64,000 bases of DNA from contig JAWQFM010000019.1 in the NCBI GenBank assembly GCA_033442325.1, positions 979,870 to 1,043,869 of the forward strand, read 5' to 3'. Below the pieces are notes generated by a model, which did not search any database, had not been told where the DNA came from, and saw nothing but the letters and a program-made list of their open reading frames with translations. Numbering within the stretch: the stretch's first letter is position 1; every line of letters begins with the position of its first letter. A program made the translations under genes and the position numbers. Positions 1 through 18,278 of this stretch are shown piece by piece. The stretch comes from Salpingoeca rosetta (Eukaryota > Protista > Choanoflagellata).

Positions 1-3765
<3,765 letters not shown>

Positions 3766-4261
3766 GGTGTATGTGCTGTATGGCTCGTACATGTACACTC
3801 GCGTGATGGTGTTATGGCTCACGTGTGCGTCACTGTTGGCGTGAATGGAATGGAGAGGAGAGGAGAGGAGAGGTGTTGTTTGATGACGATGATGTGAAAC
3901 GCTGCTGATGGTGATGCTGACGATGATGATGGTGATGGTGATGGTGATGACGTCGTATCTTTACACTTGCGTTGACTTTTAATCTCCTGATGTGTTACAT
4001 TACAAGACTGTATTGTTTTGCTGCCGGTGGTGGCTGGTTTCAACAATGATAAACATCCCCAACCCTGCCTGATGTATGGTGCCTGTGGATGGATGGAGGA
4101 GAACACACGGGCAAGGAGAGGGCGGGTGACAACATGACATGCGTGTGCATGGTGCACGACGGTCCGCGCCAGCGAAGCACCAGGACATCCGAATACATTT
4201 CATGCTGTTGTTTGCAGTCAACACGAACCACGACGAAACCACGTGTTTGTTGTGTGCGACG

Positions 4262-4437
4262 ATGAGCGAGGAGGAGCCCAAGTCGGCGTTCAGCAACGAT
4301 GGCGCCGAGGCGATGACCCGAGGCGTTGCTGTCGGGGACGAGAGTGCGGTGACGCCAGAGGACATGGAGACCTTCTTTGAACTCTCGCGTTGCACCAACG
4401 CGGTTGCAAACCACCCAGGAAACAAGGTGTGCTGGAC

Positions 4438-4468
<31 letters not shown>

Positions 4469-4489
4469 TTGTGTTTATTCGTGATTGCG

Positions 4490-4539
<50 letters not shown>

Positions 4540-5289
4540 ATATGCATGTAGTGCATGTGAACACCGCTCCCCGGCCTGGCATCTCTCACACGTTGATCCC
4601 TTTGTGCTGTCGCAGATTGCACTGCAGTTCCCGGACGAACTGCTCCACTATGGCGTGACTGTCACCGAGGAGCTGAAATCTCGCACGGGCAAGGAGTTCT
4701 ATCTCTTGGCCGACACCACCTTTGGCAGGTGTGTGTCTGTGCATGTGTCTGTGTCTGTGTCTGTGTGCGCGCGTGTCTGTGAGTATGTGTGTGACTTGCA
4801 ACAGAAGCAAGGGGTGACAACGGCATGATGACAGCAGCATAGCAAATGTGTGGGAAGCGTGGGTGCGTCGTCAAGTGACTTCCAGTTTGATGTCTGGCTC
4901 CTGGTTTCCAGCTGTTGCGTGGATGAAGTGGCTGCAGAGCACGTGGATGCAGATGTTGTCATCCATTTCGGCAACTCCTGTCTGAGCAGGTGAGGGAAAT
5001 GTCTTCAGGAACGCATGCATGTGTGCCGTGCAGAGAAGCTGATGAAGTTCAGTCGCCACACTGCCGTTTTCGATTCATCGACGTATTTGCTGTGCTCATA
5101 TGCTCGTTTTCGATGCCACCTCTCTGTTGCACATCCAGAACGAGCCGGTTGCCTGCCCTGTATGTGTTTGGAAAGTATCCACTTGACCAACAAGCGCTGC
5201 TTGAGTACGTCACCAAACTTGCCGAAGAGGATGCATCAGAAGTACACGTGCTCTTCGACGTGCGCTATCAGCACCACCAATGTACGTGC

Positions 5290-5358
<69 letters not shown>

Positions 5359-6369
5359 TGGGTGTGTGTGGGTGGGTGTGTGGGTGGGTGTGTGTGTGGG
5401 TGTGTGGGTGTGTGGGTGGGTGTGTGTGTGGGTGCCGACCCGTTGTCCTGCTTACTCGTCCGTCTACCTGCCTGTTTTCTTGCCTTGCATGTTTGCCTGT
5501 GTCCCTGTCTGTCTGTGGTTGCGCGCTTGCTGCTCGTGCACTCACGTGTGTCATCACAATCCACATCACAACATGCGTGACGACAGCCGCTGTCGAGGCA
5601 GCAGCTGAACGCTATTCTCACGTGCACGTCGTTGGAGTTGACGCCGCGTTCACATCGGCCGAGCCGGCACCGGCCATCCCACACAGCCACCGCAGCGGCG
5701 ACAGCAACGATGGCGACGATGGTGAGGAGCAACACAAACCACGCAGACCACAACAGCCACCAAGGTGAGGACACGTGCAGGTGCTGTTGCAATGCCCTCC
5801 ACTGTGAGTGATAGTGGAGAGGTGTTTGTGATGCAGGTGACTCTCAAAATGCGAGACGTCAACTGCACCTGACGCGCTGCGCAATGCTTCATGCTGTTCA
5901 GGTTTGGCCGGTATGACCCTTCGTTCACCAATGAGGCTGCAAGCGGACATCGCTTCCTCTTCGTTGGGGGTTCGTCGTGCCCTACTTTGCTCAATACACG
6001 CACACACGCATATATGTCTGCAGTGTTGGATTCCTTTGCTCAACATGCCGTGTATGTGCGCGCCATAATGTTCATCATCTCACCTCTCTTTGTCGTGCAT
6101 TGTATTGACGCAGCACCAACGTCGCGGCTGCTGATGAACCACATGCTCTACTTCAGTCAAAGCACGGTGAGAGCAGTACACATGCACACATGCACGCTGG
6201 GTGCATCCTCCGCCTCTGCTGCACTGTACTTGTGCCCACTGTGTTTAGTCTTCACCCACTTTCTCAGCCATCGTCGCCGTTGCCGCTGTTTTCGTCATTG
6301 CCACCGCATCATTTCTCATCACCACCATCACTGCTGCTGCTGCTGCACCATCGTTGTCTCTCCTCTCAC

Positions 6370-6454
<85 letters not shown>

Positions 6455-7815
6455 GTCGTCGTCGTCGTCGTCATCACCATTATCACCATCAATCAGTTCT
6501 TCACGTTTGATCCGGCGACGGGCGCGGGCCGACAGGAGACGGCGCGCGTGAACCGTCAGCTGATGAAGCGCTATTTCCTCATCCAAAAGGCAAAGGACGC
6601 AGGCACTGTTGGGCTTGTTGTCGGCACGCTCGGATCAGCTGATTACAAGGGCGTCACCGACCGCCTGCGCACGATGCTGCGCGCATGCGGGAAGAAGGAC
6701 TACACGCTGCTCGTCGGGAAGATTAATCCGGCAAAGCTCGCAAACTTTGATGAGATTGACATTTACTGCCTCGTCGCCTGTCCTGAGCACTCGCTGGTTG
6801 GTGTTGGAGTGAGTGAGTGTGTGTGTCTGTGTCTGTGTGTCTGTGTGTGTGTGTGTGTGTGTCTGTCTGTGTCTGTGCTGTGTGTGTGTATGCGCGGCTG
6901 GACTGTCCATCTGTGTGTGTGTGTGTGTGTATCTGCGACTGTATTTTCCGTCTGTCTGCGTTTGTTCATGTGTGTCCGAACCCAAGCGCTCACTCCCCTC
7001 CCCCCCCCAATCATCACCACCACCACCGCAGATTGACAGCGCCGAGTTCTACCGGCCGGTCATCACCCCATATGAGCTCGAGCTCGCCTGTGCGCCAGCG
7101 CGGGAGTGGGGCGGATTCCTGGAGAGCGATTTCCGCCAGCTCGTGCCCATGATTGACGAGGACCTGAACGCGCTGCTTGATGGCGATGGCGATGACGAGA
7201 GGGAGCCGCACTTCTCACTCATCAGCAACGCCTACATCGACCACAGCGACCGCAAGCAAGGTGGCGAAGTGGGGCGTGTGAGTGACGCTTGTTTTGTTTG
7301 TTTGGATATTGATGTGGAGAATGCTTCTTGACCCTTATGCCCTCCTCATCTCAGTCTCCACCCTACCTCTGTGTCTCATTCGTTGTTGTGCAAATTTCCC
7401 TGTCGTTCGTCTGTGCTGCCGCCGCGTGCAGAGCTTGTGCGGACAGACAGGGGAGAGATTGTTGCCCGTGATGACAACACGACGCTGGCGCAATACGGGG
7501 GTTGGTTACTTGCAGTCGTTGGTGCTGGTGTTCACGCACATCGCACATTGCTGGTGCTGGCGGTGCTGGTGTACTTGCTCGCTCGCATTCAATGCTCGCA
7601 CCCCACCACGAGCACCACCAGCTCACCACAACAACTCACCTTACACCATCGCCACCATGACAGGTGGATTTCTGCAGACGCGGACGTATCAAGGGCTGCA
7701 GCAGCGGCTTGGCGAGACGGAGGTGAGCAAGGCGATACAGGGCAGGACCGGTGTGCCCATCCAATACGACGAGGAGCCAGACACATCCACGCACGATGGC
7801 GGTGACAAGGCGTGA
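4262..7815 (+). CDS. DPH2: Diphthamide biosynthesis protein 2 (multi-exon)
   Basis: Exons encode [17 protein letters not shown]|[89 protein letters not shown] and C-terminal [10 protein letters not shown]...GRTGVPIQY; these are DPH2-type motifs. Confidence 0.92.
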
Positions 7816-8072
7816 TGCGGTGGTGTGTTGTGTGTTGTCTGTGTGTGTGTGTATGTGTGTGCAGTAGTTGTTGGCGATGTTTTCTGCTGTTTACATCGTG
7901 GACATGAACGCATCAAGAGTAAATGGAAACGAAGCGCCCTGTTTCTCAAACGAAAAGGAGGCAACTTGCCATGACAACCACAAGAAATCGACTGGACGTT
8001 GTGACTCGAACACATGAATGCATGCAAAAGCACACATACACACACGCACACACACACACACACACACAACAA

Positions 8073-8142
<70 letters not shown>

Positions 8143-8176
8143 CAATCGCACACACACACACACCATCACATTTGCA

Positions 8177-9828
8177 TCAGACGTATGGGGTGGCGCCCGG
8201 CCGCTGCTTCTCGGCCTCCAGCGCCTGCTGGATCTTCAACTGAATGTCATCCCAGTCCACCTCCACCGACTGCGAGTACTGCACAAATTTGGCCTTTGAT
8301 TCGCGTTGGCCGAGACCCTCAAGATAGCGCTGTCGGCTTGCCAGCACGGTGTCGACGTGCGTCTTGTGCTTGATAGCCACATCAAGGGCCCTGATGGTGA
8401 TTGAGTGGCGGGAGAATGTTGCAAGGTTGGTGATCGAGTGAGGGACAGTCACAGGGGGGCAAAGACAGTCAGGGCAACAATGGCAGCGAGCGACACAAAC
8501 ACACACACACACATACACAAAAACATACACATGCATACACACAAAACATGCACACACACACACACATTTACATAAACATACACACACATTTACATAAACA
8601 TACACGTACACATAACCATAAACATGCACACACACACACACACACGAGTGAAACTGACTTGTCCCAGTCAAAGAGCCGGATGTACATGTCGACGAGGCGG
8701 TAGATGAGGCCGGCCTGCAGCAGCGTCGTCGCCGCTTCCTCAATCTGATGCGCACAGTCGAACACACGAGTGAAGGAGTGAGGGAGTGAAGGAAGGGTGA
8801 TGGCGGGAGGTGGTGGTGGCAGCATCTGTTCGCGTTGATGATGAAGAAAAGCGATGGGTGGATCCACCGTGGTTGCTGTCCACGATTACCCATACACCAA
8901 TGCACCAATGCTTGACATCAGCCAGTGAGTTGTCATCAATCATTGTCATGACCCCTCCCCTCAACATCGTGTTGTATCGCACCTGGCCCGAGAAGACTGC
9001 CAGCTCCGCCTTTCGCCCCTCCGCCGTTGGGATGGACTTGACCAGCTGCAGAAACTCAACCTTGTCAATCTGATCATCACAGTGGCGGTGTTGCGTATCG
9101 CGATGAGAGGTGTGTGTGTGTATGTGTGCGTGTGTGTATGTGTGTGTGTGTGTGTGTGTGTGAGGGTATGAAGGGCGGGGCAAGACAACACATGCACAAA
9201 TGTACCCGCGCATGAGGGCATTCAAACAAACACACATGCACATACGACCACACACGACCACCAAACTCTAACCGCGTTGACAGCGGCGTACGCAATCTCC
9301 GCAGCGTTCAGTTCTTTCGCTTTTGTGGCGATGACCGCCAAGCACGCCCACAGCGCATCCTCCTGCACGTGTGCGTGTAATGTGTGTGCGTGTAATGTGT
9401 GTGTGTGTGTGTCAATGTGTGTGTGTGTGTGTCAATGTGTGTGTGTCAATGTGTGTGTGTGTGTCAATGTGCGTGTGTGTGTGCAGGACAGTGACGAGGG
9501 TGTGTGTGAGCTGGGTGCATGCATGCACACCATCGTGCTTGACAGCGGAGTGCCACCGACCTTGATGAAGCGGCAGAGGCGGATGGCGTCCTCCCACGCG
9601 TTTCTGCTCGTGTGCGACTGCAGCACCGCTACTTGCGGCGGTACGCTGGTGATGTGTAGTTTGTTTCGAAAAAGTGGGGGAGGGGGGAGGTGAAGCATTG
9701 ATGTGAGTCGAGATGGTTGAAACAACTTGCGACCTGCTCGAACACACAGAAGCGTGCACGCAACGAACGCACACGTCAAAAGCAACCGCGCTCTCTTCCG
9801 GCTCTCTCGTTGCGCGCGCACAAAGAGA

Positions 9829-9872
<44 letters not shown>

Positions 9873-12800
9873 CAGAGAGAGAGACAGAGAGAGAGAGACA
9901 GAGAGAGAGAGAGACAGACAGACAGACAATAGCACACACACACGTGCACACATACACACACATACACCTGCCAGCACCTGAATGTCATGCTTGCGCCGTC
10001 TGCGCGCCTGACGCTGCACGTGTTGCCGGAGAACGACGTAAGATATGGCGCCTTGCCCAAGTCACCACCCGTCACCACACCCTGTTTGGTGAACGACAGC
10101 ATGTCCTGGTCCACAAATGCGCAGGCCGGGTAGAACCAGAGTTGCAGCTTTGCCTCCTGCAAGGTCGCGAGCATGTGGTGGTCGTCGTGCCACATGGCAT
10201 CGCTCACCATCGTCGCAATCTTCTCCGCGCGGCGCTGGGACCGGCGGACCTGCACGATGCACAAATCGCTGATGATCGGTCGTGGCGGCGGTGGTCGTGG
10301 CGGCGGTGGTGGGTGGAACACATGGAATGAGGCATGCAGTCGTTCTCGTGTGCAAGCTGGGCAGTCGCACCATGGACATGCACGCACAAGCATACACGGG
10401 TGTCTTGCAAGTCCACTTCTTTCATCACGCATACACGCACACAAGCACACACACGCACACACACACACACGCACACGCGCGCGCACACACACGCACAAAT
10501 GGTCATTCATGTCCACACATCCTCCTTCCTCTCCCCTTCGCCCGCCTGCTACGTTATTCTGACCGGTTCTTGTCGACAAACGCGAGGCATCTGTCGAGGG
10601 AAGCACCGCCCTGATCAAGGAGGATGGTAGAAATTTCAACAGAGTGCACGAGTGGTTTGCCCATCTCCTTTCCGCTCTGCGTGTCGTACACACGCACCGC
10701 CTTGGCATCCCTGAGGTGGAGGGAATGAGTGGAGGGGAAAATGGGTGGAATGGGTGGATGAGAAGATTGAAGAGAGCATGATATGTACACGCACTTGCTT
10801 GCGCACCCACACAAACAACACACACACACACACACACCACAAGTGACCTGTGATCGATGATGGCGACGGTGTCGTCGGCGACGGCGATGGATGTGGCGGA
10901 GAATCGGTCCGATTGCGCGTGTGGCGGTTTGATGGTGCTCGCAGTCTTGCCGTCATATGTGTACACCTGCGTGGAAGCAGCAGCAACAGCAGCAGTAAAG
11001 CGGGCAGGGTGGCAGCAAGAGAGCGACGGCATTGTGAGGAGAATGGTGCATGGTGAGGTGACAACCGGTATTGCAACAAGGGCACAGGCGCCAGTCAAGC
11101 AAAGGTGTCTCCCAACCCCCAACCACACAGACACACAGACACACACACACGCACACAGACACACAGACACACACGTGGCACAGAGTGGCGCATGCGGACC
11201 GTGATTGTGTCTGTCTTGTCGGCGAGTGCAATGTGGGATCGGCCGAGTGTGACGGCAACAGCGGGCGCCTTGAGCATGATGGTGCTCGGGGACAGCCAGT
11301 TGTCCTCTGCATACACAACACACTGCGTCGCCGTCGTCACGACTAGGTGCCCGAACCGGAGCACCATCTTCACAATCGGCTCGCGGAAGTCTAACGCAGT
11401 CCGTGTCATCGTGGTGATGATGATGATGGTGGTCGGTCGGTGGGGTGAGGTGGGGTGGGTGGATGAGCAATGGGCAATGGACAATGGACAATAGACGAAG
11501 CAAACCGGCACAAGTATGACGTTGCGTGAGTACTACAATCCCCATCACCACGACCACCACTGTCATCAAACGGTGCATGCAAGCGCCAGGGCAACCCACC
11601 GAGCTCCTCGTCTGTGTTGGCTGCGATGGAGCGGGCGATGAGGGTGGCCGGGCCCGTCTGCGTCACGACGTAGCGCGGGCTCGACACAGACCTGCGACGC
11701 GCCGTGTGCACGCGTGAGAGGAACGAAGTCGTGGAACATGACGAATGAAGGGAGGGGAGGAGGAGCACGTACACGACTCCGGCTCATTCACGTACATGAC
11801 GACGCCTACACCCATGACCACCCATCCACCCACAAACACACACACACACGCACGCACGCATGCACACACACGCAACCATGCAAAAGCTACTGCTGCTGCT
11901 GCTGCTGCCGACCTCATGACGAGCTGTCCGAGGAGCACATCGCCAGATGCACATGCGCCGGCGAGACGCGTGCCATCGTGGCTCCACTGCACCTCGTACA
12001 CGGACCCCGTCGCAGGCTTATCCACCGCATACGACCACCCAGCCCTGTCACACAGTCGCACGCTGTTGTAGCCGCCAACGGCAAATGCATCGCCTGTTGG
12101 GGACCAGCGGCAGGAGGTGATCGGGTACAGGTCCGGTGTGCTCGCATACAGCAGCCGCCCAAACGCATCCCACACCTTTGTGGTTGGCGGAGGGGAGGGG
12201 GGTGCGGCGAAGAGTAGGGGCAGTGAGGCATGAGTGGAGGGTGTGAGGGTGGCCATGAAGACGTGATGGGTGGTGATGCACACAAATGACCTCACACACG
12301 AAACACAGAAGAGTACAACAACGTACACCACCACACCACCGTGTACCACACGACAGCAGCAGCACGGCAGCGTCGCGCGCACCTTGTAGCGGCCGTCCTC
12401 ACCACCGGATACGATGAGATTGCTGGCGGCGCCCCAGTCCACGCACAGCACCACGCCGTCGTGCGCCTTCCACGTCTCGGCCTTTGCTGTCGCCTTGAGC
12501 GAGACCACCGCCACGTGTTTGCCTGCCGTGTGGATGGCGCGGCTGCCGCAGGGGCTCCACGCCGCTCCGTACACGGGTTGTGCTAATGCGACGCATGATG
12601 ATGAGGTGGCATGGGCAGTGATGGGATGAAATGTGACGATGTTTGGAGGGAGGGAGAAGGGGTTGTTGGGTGGTTGGAGGGTGGTTGAAGGTGGTTGGAG
12701 GGTGCGGGCCGTATGTGAGAGGCGTTTACAAGCGGGCGTGGATGATGCGAGCAACGTGGACAGTGCGGGTATAAATGCAGACCACAGTTGGTGCTTGAAC

Positions 12801-13317
12801 GCCTCGCATATCCCCAAAGTACATTGAAGTAGCGCAATGCACTGGCATCGCGGCCAGCTCACCTGATTGTGCGAGCACCGTGCGCAACATGCCGGCGCGC
12901 GACCACACCTTCATCAGCCCGTCCTCCCCCGCTGCAACAAATTCAGAGGACGACGATGAGAGGGGGTGTGAGGTGATGTAGTTTAAGGTGTATGGTTTGC
13001 ATGCACGACATGACCCATCCGAAGCGTTTCGGATGAGTGCACAGAGAGGACCGACAACACGTTGCACGGTCGGTCACCTGTGAGAATGGATTGCCCGTCT
13101 GCACTCCATCTGAGTGTTGTGATGGCGCCTGTGTGTGCTTCAACAGTCTTCTCGATGCGGCCAGTCTGCGCCATGAGCCGGAACTTGCCTGCAGCGTGTG
13201 AAGAAAGAGGAATACATGAATGAGCACAGCCGCGAAAGCAGCATGCAACATGCCAAACGTGGGCACACAAGCAAGCGGCAGCGAACTCACACATCAACAA
13301 CAACAACTTAAACAACT

Positions 13318-13399
<82 letters not shown>

Positions 13400-14032
13400 C
13401 GCACACACACACACACACACTCCCTGACCGTCGTCAAAGGCGATGGCAAATACGTCGCCCTGCGAGCGCTTTGGATTGGGCCCCACGGCGACGCTGGTAG
13501 GATACCACTCCTCCTTCAAATTGATGAGCTGCTCAGCGAACAACAGCCGGCAGCAACCACAGGTACCATACACATCAAGTACACGCACACGATAGCATGT
13601 GGTGGTGAGCAAGATTCGTCAGCAAAGCGGCCTCCCACAAGCGTGTGACAGGTCAGAGCAACTGCCACCGACCTCGCTGGCATCGTCCAGGGTTTCATTC
13701 CACTGCAAGACGCGGTGGTCATCTCTGCACGCATTACACCGCACGCGGTACATCACACGGTCGGTGTGTGTGTGTTGTGAAGTGTAGTGTGGGGTGAGGC
13801 AGAGTATCGATATCGATGACAAGCTCTCGAGCGTCTTTGCTGTGCAAAACACAGCGAGCTGTGACATGATGTCGATGATGCGCAGGTTCTTCGTGCTCTT
13901 CTACAGTTCGGGAACAAACCTCACACTGACATACCCAGCAGACACGAGTGATCCAGACGTTGTCCAGACAACAGCAGCGGCGACATCTTTGTGCCGGTTG
14001 TGCTGCCCGCTCTTCTTCAGCTCAATCTTCAT
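8177..14032 (-). CDS. IFT80: Intraflagellar transport protein 80 (WD40, IFT-B2), multi-exon
   Basis: N-terminus MKIELKKSGQHNRHKDVAAAVVWTT; GRIEKTVEAHTGAITTLRWSADG; AGEDGLMKVWSRAGMLRTVL; WKAHDGVVLCVDW; SGGEDGRYKVWDAFGRLLY; C-terminus KHKTHVDTVLASRQRYL...VEVDWDDIQLKI. Confidence 0.95.
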
Positions 14033-14108
14033 CGTCGCTGTCACATACACACACACGCACACCCTTCTGCCAACCACTTGTTTTGTGTGCTGTTGTTGTT
14101 GGCAGACA

Positions 14109-14117
14109 GTTGGCAAC
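14109..14117 (-). promoter_or_regulatory. Candidate RFX (X-box half-site) element upstream of IFT80
   Basis: GTTGCCAAC on the minus strand ~80 bp upstream of the IFT80 ATG. It resembles the GTTGYCA RFX half-site, and IFT80 is a ciliary gene. Confidence 0.55.
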
Positions 14118-14258
14118 GGCCGAAGTTTGGGCGATTGTGGAAAACTTGCACGAATTTTCGTGTGTGTGTGTGTGTGTGTGTGCCGTGTGTGTGTGTCGAT
14201 AACGACGCAGGTTTGGCTGACGTGCTTGAGTGTAAGTGTACGTTTGAGCGGTTTAGTA

Positions 14259-14415
14259 TCAGAGGAAGTGTGCTCGAAGGCGGCGACCGGCTTCCTCAAT
14301 GTCTTCGTCAGTCTTCACAAAGCAGAAGCGCGCGTAGTTGTGCGCAAGGTGGCTGTGCTCCTTTGTGTAGAAGCACGAAGGTGGGATTGCTGCAACACCA
14401 ACCTCAGCAGTCAGC

Positions 14416-14486
<71 letters not shown>

Positions 14487-17400
14487 TTGGAGTAGTTGAG
14501 TGCAGAGGTGTGCAGACATGCAGATAGGTACAGACATGATCGCGACGCGTCATGCCATGTGTGTTGTACCTGAGGGATGGTTGGCTTCAGGCCAATGTCT
14601 TGGAGGATGCCAACCAGCGTCTCCCGCTTGTGTGTGAACACTGATGTCGATGTTGGTTGATGGTGGCGGGGCAGGTTGGAGCAGAGGGGGTGGGGTGGGA
14701 TGAACACTTGGTGGCACACGCAGCACTGGACACGGATGCTGAAAAGAAAAGCCAGTACAAGTCACAGCAGCAAACAATCAACAGACAACAGACAACGGAC
14801 AAGTACTGACTGTCTTTCTGCTGTTGGAAGAACTGCTGCTGTGGTTCCTCTTCAAACACACGAGCGAGCGCCTCTTGCAGCGGCGTCGTCACGCAGAACG
14901 GCGTGTACCTGTGTGTGGGATGTGTGTGTGTGTGAAAACACGATACAGTGGCAGTTTAGTCCGCAGCACTGTGTGTGTGGAGACTCACTGTTGCGTGCGC
15001 TGCATTGGCTGGATGAGGTGATCCGGTCCAATCGCCCATCCTGACACGACGGTGGAGGTGAGGAGGAAAGGTGACAAGACGAAGGTCTCGGGGGGTCCTT
15101 TGGATAAACACACTTACACACACATATGTACTCGCGTACTCACATACTCATACATTCACACACACATACACATGCACGCACACACATGTACTCACGTACT
15201 CACACTCACACACACACACACGCACACGCACACGCACACGCACACACACGTGCACATGCACGCACGTACACATGTGCACACATCGACGAACGCACCGATC
15301 TTCCACCCGGTGGTGTTGAATGCCTTGCCGACAGACCCGAGCGAAACCGTGCGCTCCCACATGCCGGGCAGCGAGGCAATGTGCACGTGCTCTTCGTCAT
15401 CGTACAGCAACTTCTCGTACACCTGCAGATGGTGTCGGGAACGGTGTGATGAGGAGGACCGACCGGGGCGTTACAATTACAAGACGGGCGCAAATCAACG
15501 ACAAGAGTAGGCGAGCACACAAACAAACAAACAAACAAACAAACAAACAAACAAACAAACAAACAAACAAACAAACAAACAAACAAACAAACAAACAAAC
15601 AAACAAACAAACAAACAAACAAACAAACAAACAAACAAACAAACAAACAAACAAACAAACAAACAAACAAACAAACAAACAAACAAACAAACAAACAAAC
15701 AAACAAACAAACAAACAAACAAACAAACAAACAAACAAACAAACAAACAAACAAACAAACAAACAGCACACCTCGTCTGCGAGGATGAGGGTGTCGTGTT
15801 TCTCTGCCAGCGCTCCAATGGCCGCCAGCTCGCGCCGGCTGAACACCTGATCGCGATTGGTAATTGATGATGGTGGTGGCGGTGGAGAGGGTGAGCTTCG
15901 CTGCACAACAGCAGCACCAGCAAATGGGGCATTCCATACGTTGTGCCGTCACACACGTACACACACACACACGTACACACGTACACGCACACACGTACGC
16001 ACACACACACACACACACACACGCACACACACACACACACACACACGCACACACACATTCACACAATCACACCTTGCCGCTTGGATTGTGCGGGGTGTTG
16101 AGGAGGATGGCTTTTGTGCGCGGGGAAAATGCAGCCTCCAACTCGTCCACTGCACGCACGCACGCACGCACGCCGTTGTTGCCGTTGTTGTTGTTGCAGG
16201 GCAGAATACGCACGACAGCCGGCAGGCAGGCGAGGTGGCATGATGGCGCGGTCAGCCGTGATGTTTAGCGCAGTGGCGCCCACGTTCACGTGCGGAGAAA
16301 CCCACCCACAGCACATAATGCTACTCACACGTACGTGCACTCACACATGCAGTACAACAAGTGTGCACACACACACACACACAGACACACAGACACAGAC
16401 ACAGACACAGACACAGACACAGACACACAGACACGCAGACAAACACACACACAGACACACACACACACACAGACACACACACACACACAGGCGCACACGC
16501 ACGGGGGAGCGTCCAGTCGGCAGAAGAGCGGGTGGCGGCGTCTGTGTTTGCTGGTGGCTGAAGGGACACAGCAACGGCCTTACCACCACACATCTCAATC
16601 TAAGGGGGACGCATGGGTCGCACGCGGACAAACGAGTGCAAGACGTGCGTGCAAGATGCAAGTGTGTGAGATCATGCATGTATGCGTGCGTAGCACGTGC
16701 AGCACAGGCGCAACGCCAGCGATGCAGCTGGTGCGAATGCAGCAACAACACACACCCTTGCGTGTGCATGTACCTGTGGGATGTAGCTGTCGTAGAAGGG
16801 CTCAATGATGATCACCTCGTCGCCGTGATCCACAAACGTCTGGAAGAACAGCAGCAGGCCCTGTGTCGCGCCTACGGCAATGCGCAAGATGCAACAACAC
16901 GATCAATGCATGCACTGCACTCGATGATACACCCATGCACGCGACTAGGGAAGGACATCACACACACGCACAGCGCAAGCGCAGCATCGCGTGCATACGC
17001 ACCAACGGTGACGCAGATGTTGTTGAGGGGGTCGAGCGCGCGGTCGTACTCGGGCGAGTAATGCCGCGCAAGCGCGTTCACAAGCCGCGGATGACCGCCA
17101 ACGCGTGTGTACTGGTGATGCATGCCTGGCTCAGCAGCTGTCGGGAGTTGTCACACACACACAAGGAAGAAGCAAGAGCAGCGCTTGCATGAGGTGGAAG
17201 CAAGAGCAGCGCTCGCATGAGGTGGAAGCAAGAGCAGCGCTCGCATGAGGTGGAAGCAAGAGCAGCGCTCGCATGAGGTGGAAGCAAGAGCAGCGCTCGC
17301 ATGAGGTGGGAGCAAGAGCAGCGCTCGCATGAGGTGGGAGCAAGCACCTTCAACACAAAGGAAGCAAACGCAGTGAGTGAAGACAGTACAGCGACGCAGT

Positions 17401-17942
17401 ACACGTGCAGCAGTGGAATCGTCCTCACGTACCCGTTTGCATGCAAGACAGAATAAAGGGTGCGACTGGAATCGATGGCAAGCCTTGAAACAAACCGTGG
17501 AAGGAAAGAGATTGTGTGTGTATGGGGGGGGGGTGAGCAGTGGCTGTAACCACAAAAGTGCAGCAGGGCAACCACAAAACGCACGCACACACGCACACAG
17601 AAACACACGCACACGCACGCACGCACACAACAAACAAACACACGAGCAGACGCACCGAAACACACGCACACAACAAACACACACGCATACAACAAACACA
17701 CACGCACACACGCATACCTGAGAAAGGTTGACGGCGCCATGCTTCTGGGCCAGTGGCGTGAATTCCACCCACACAGTGTCTTCAAAGCCACTAGCTCGTG
17801 CAGCCAGCTTGTTCTTGTCGCAGCACAACCTGCTGCTCGAGAGGCTTCGCGACAGAACGGCAGCACTGCACCACTGCGATGCCTGCTGCAGCAGCCGCCG
17901 GCCCACAGCACCAACAACAGCACCACAACTGCCAGTCATCAT
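14259..17942 (-). CDS. Kynurenine-oxoglutarate transaminase / cysteine-conjugate beta-lyase (class I PLP aminotransferase, KYAT1/3 family), probable mitochondrial presequence
   Basis: [107 protein letters not shown] (PLP Lys), [12 protein letters not shown]...ARFCFVK. Arg/Ser/Ala-rich N-terminus. Confidence 0.9.
15521..15764. repeat. (AAAC)n microsatellite, about 61 units, intronic
   Basis: Perfect tetranucleotide run inside an intron of the aminotransferase gene. Confidence 0.97.
17169..17344. repeat. 28-bp minisatellite (GAAGCAAGAGCAGCGCTCGCATGAGGTG), about 6.3 head-to-tail copies, intronic
   Basis: Contiguous near-identical units starting at 17169, 17197, 17225, 17253, 17281 and 17309, with no spacers. 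Confidence 0.95.
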
Positions 17943-18073
17943 CGTCTGCTTGAAGGTTGTGCGTTAATTTAGCATCAAATCATACCATCTTCCCGCCGCT
18001 CAAATTTCAAATTTACAACACACCCCTGTCGACACATGGTCACCACACGCACGCACGTCAACAACACACAGCA

Positions 18074-18246
18074 ATGTTCGCAGTGGCAGCAGCAGCATCT
18101 TGTGAGCGCCGCCCCAGTGGCGATGCGCAAGCGACAAAGGTGATGGCACACGTACTCATTTTCTTGTCGATCACACATCTTTGCATGTCCAGTTGTAGGT
18201 ATTCCATGTGCTCCCAGGCGTCGACACACACACACACACGCACGCA

Positions 18247-18278
<32 letters not shown>

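Noticed and set aside
7965-7978. X-box-like CTTGCCATGACAAC
   Set aside because: It lies between the convergent 3' ends of DPH2 and IFT80, not near a start, so function cannot be supported.
17169-17344. 28-bp direct repeats of CRISPR-like length
   Set aside because: Units are contiguous with no spacers, there are no cas genes, and they lie in a eukaryotic intron; this is a minisatellite.
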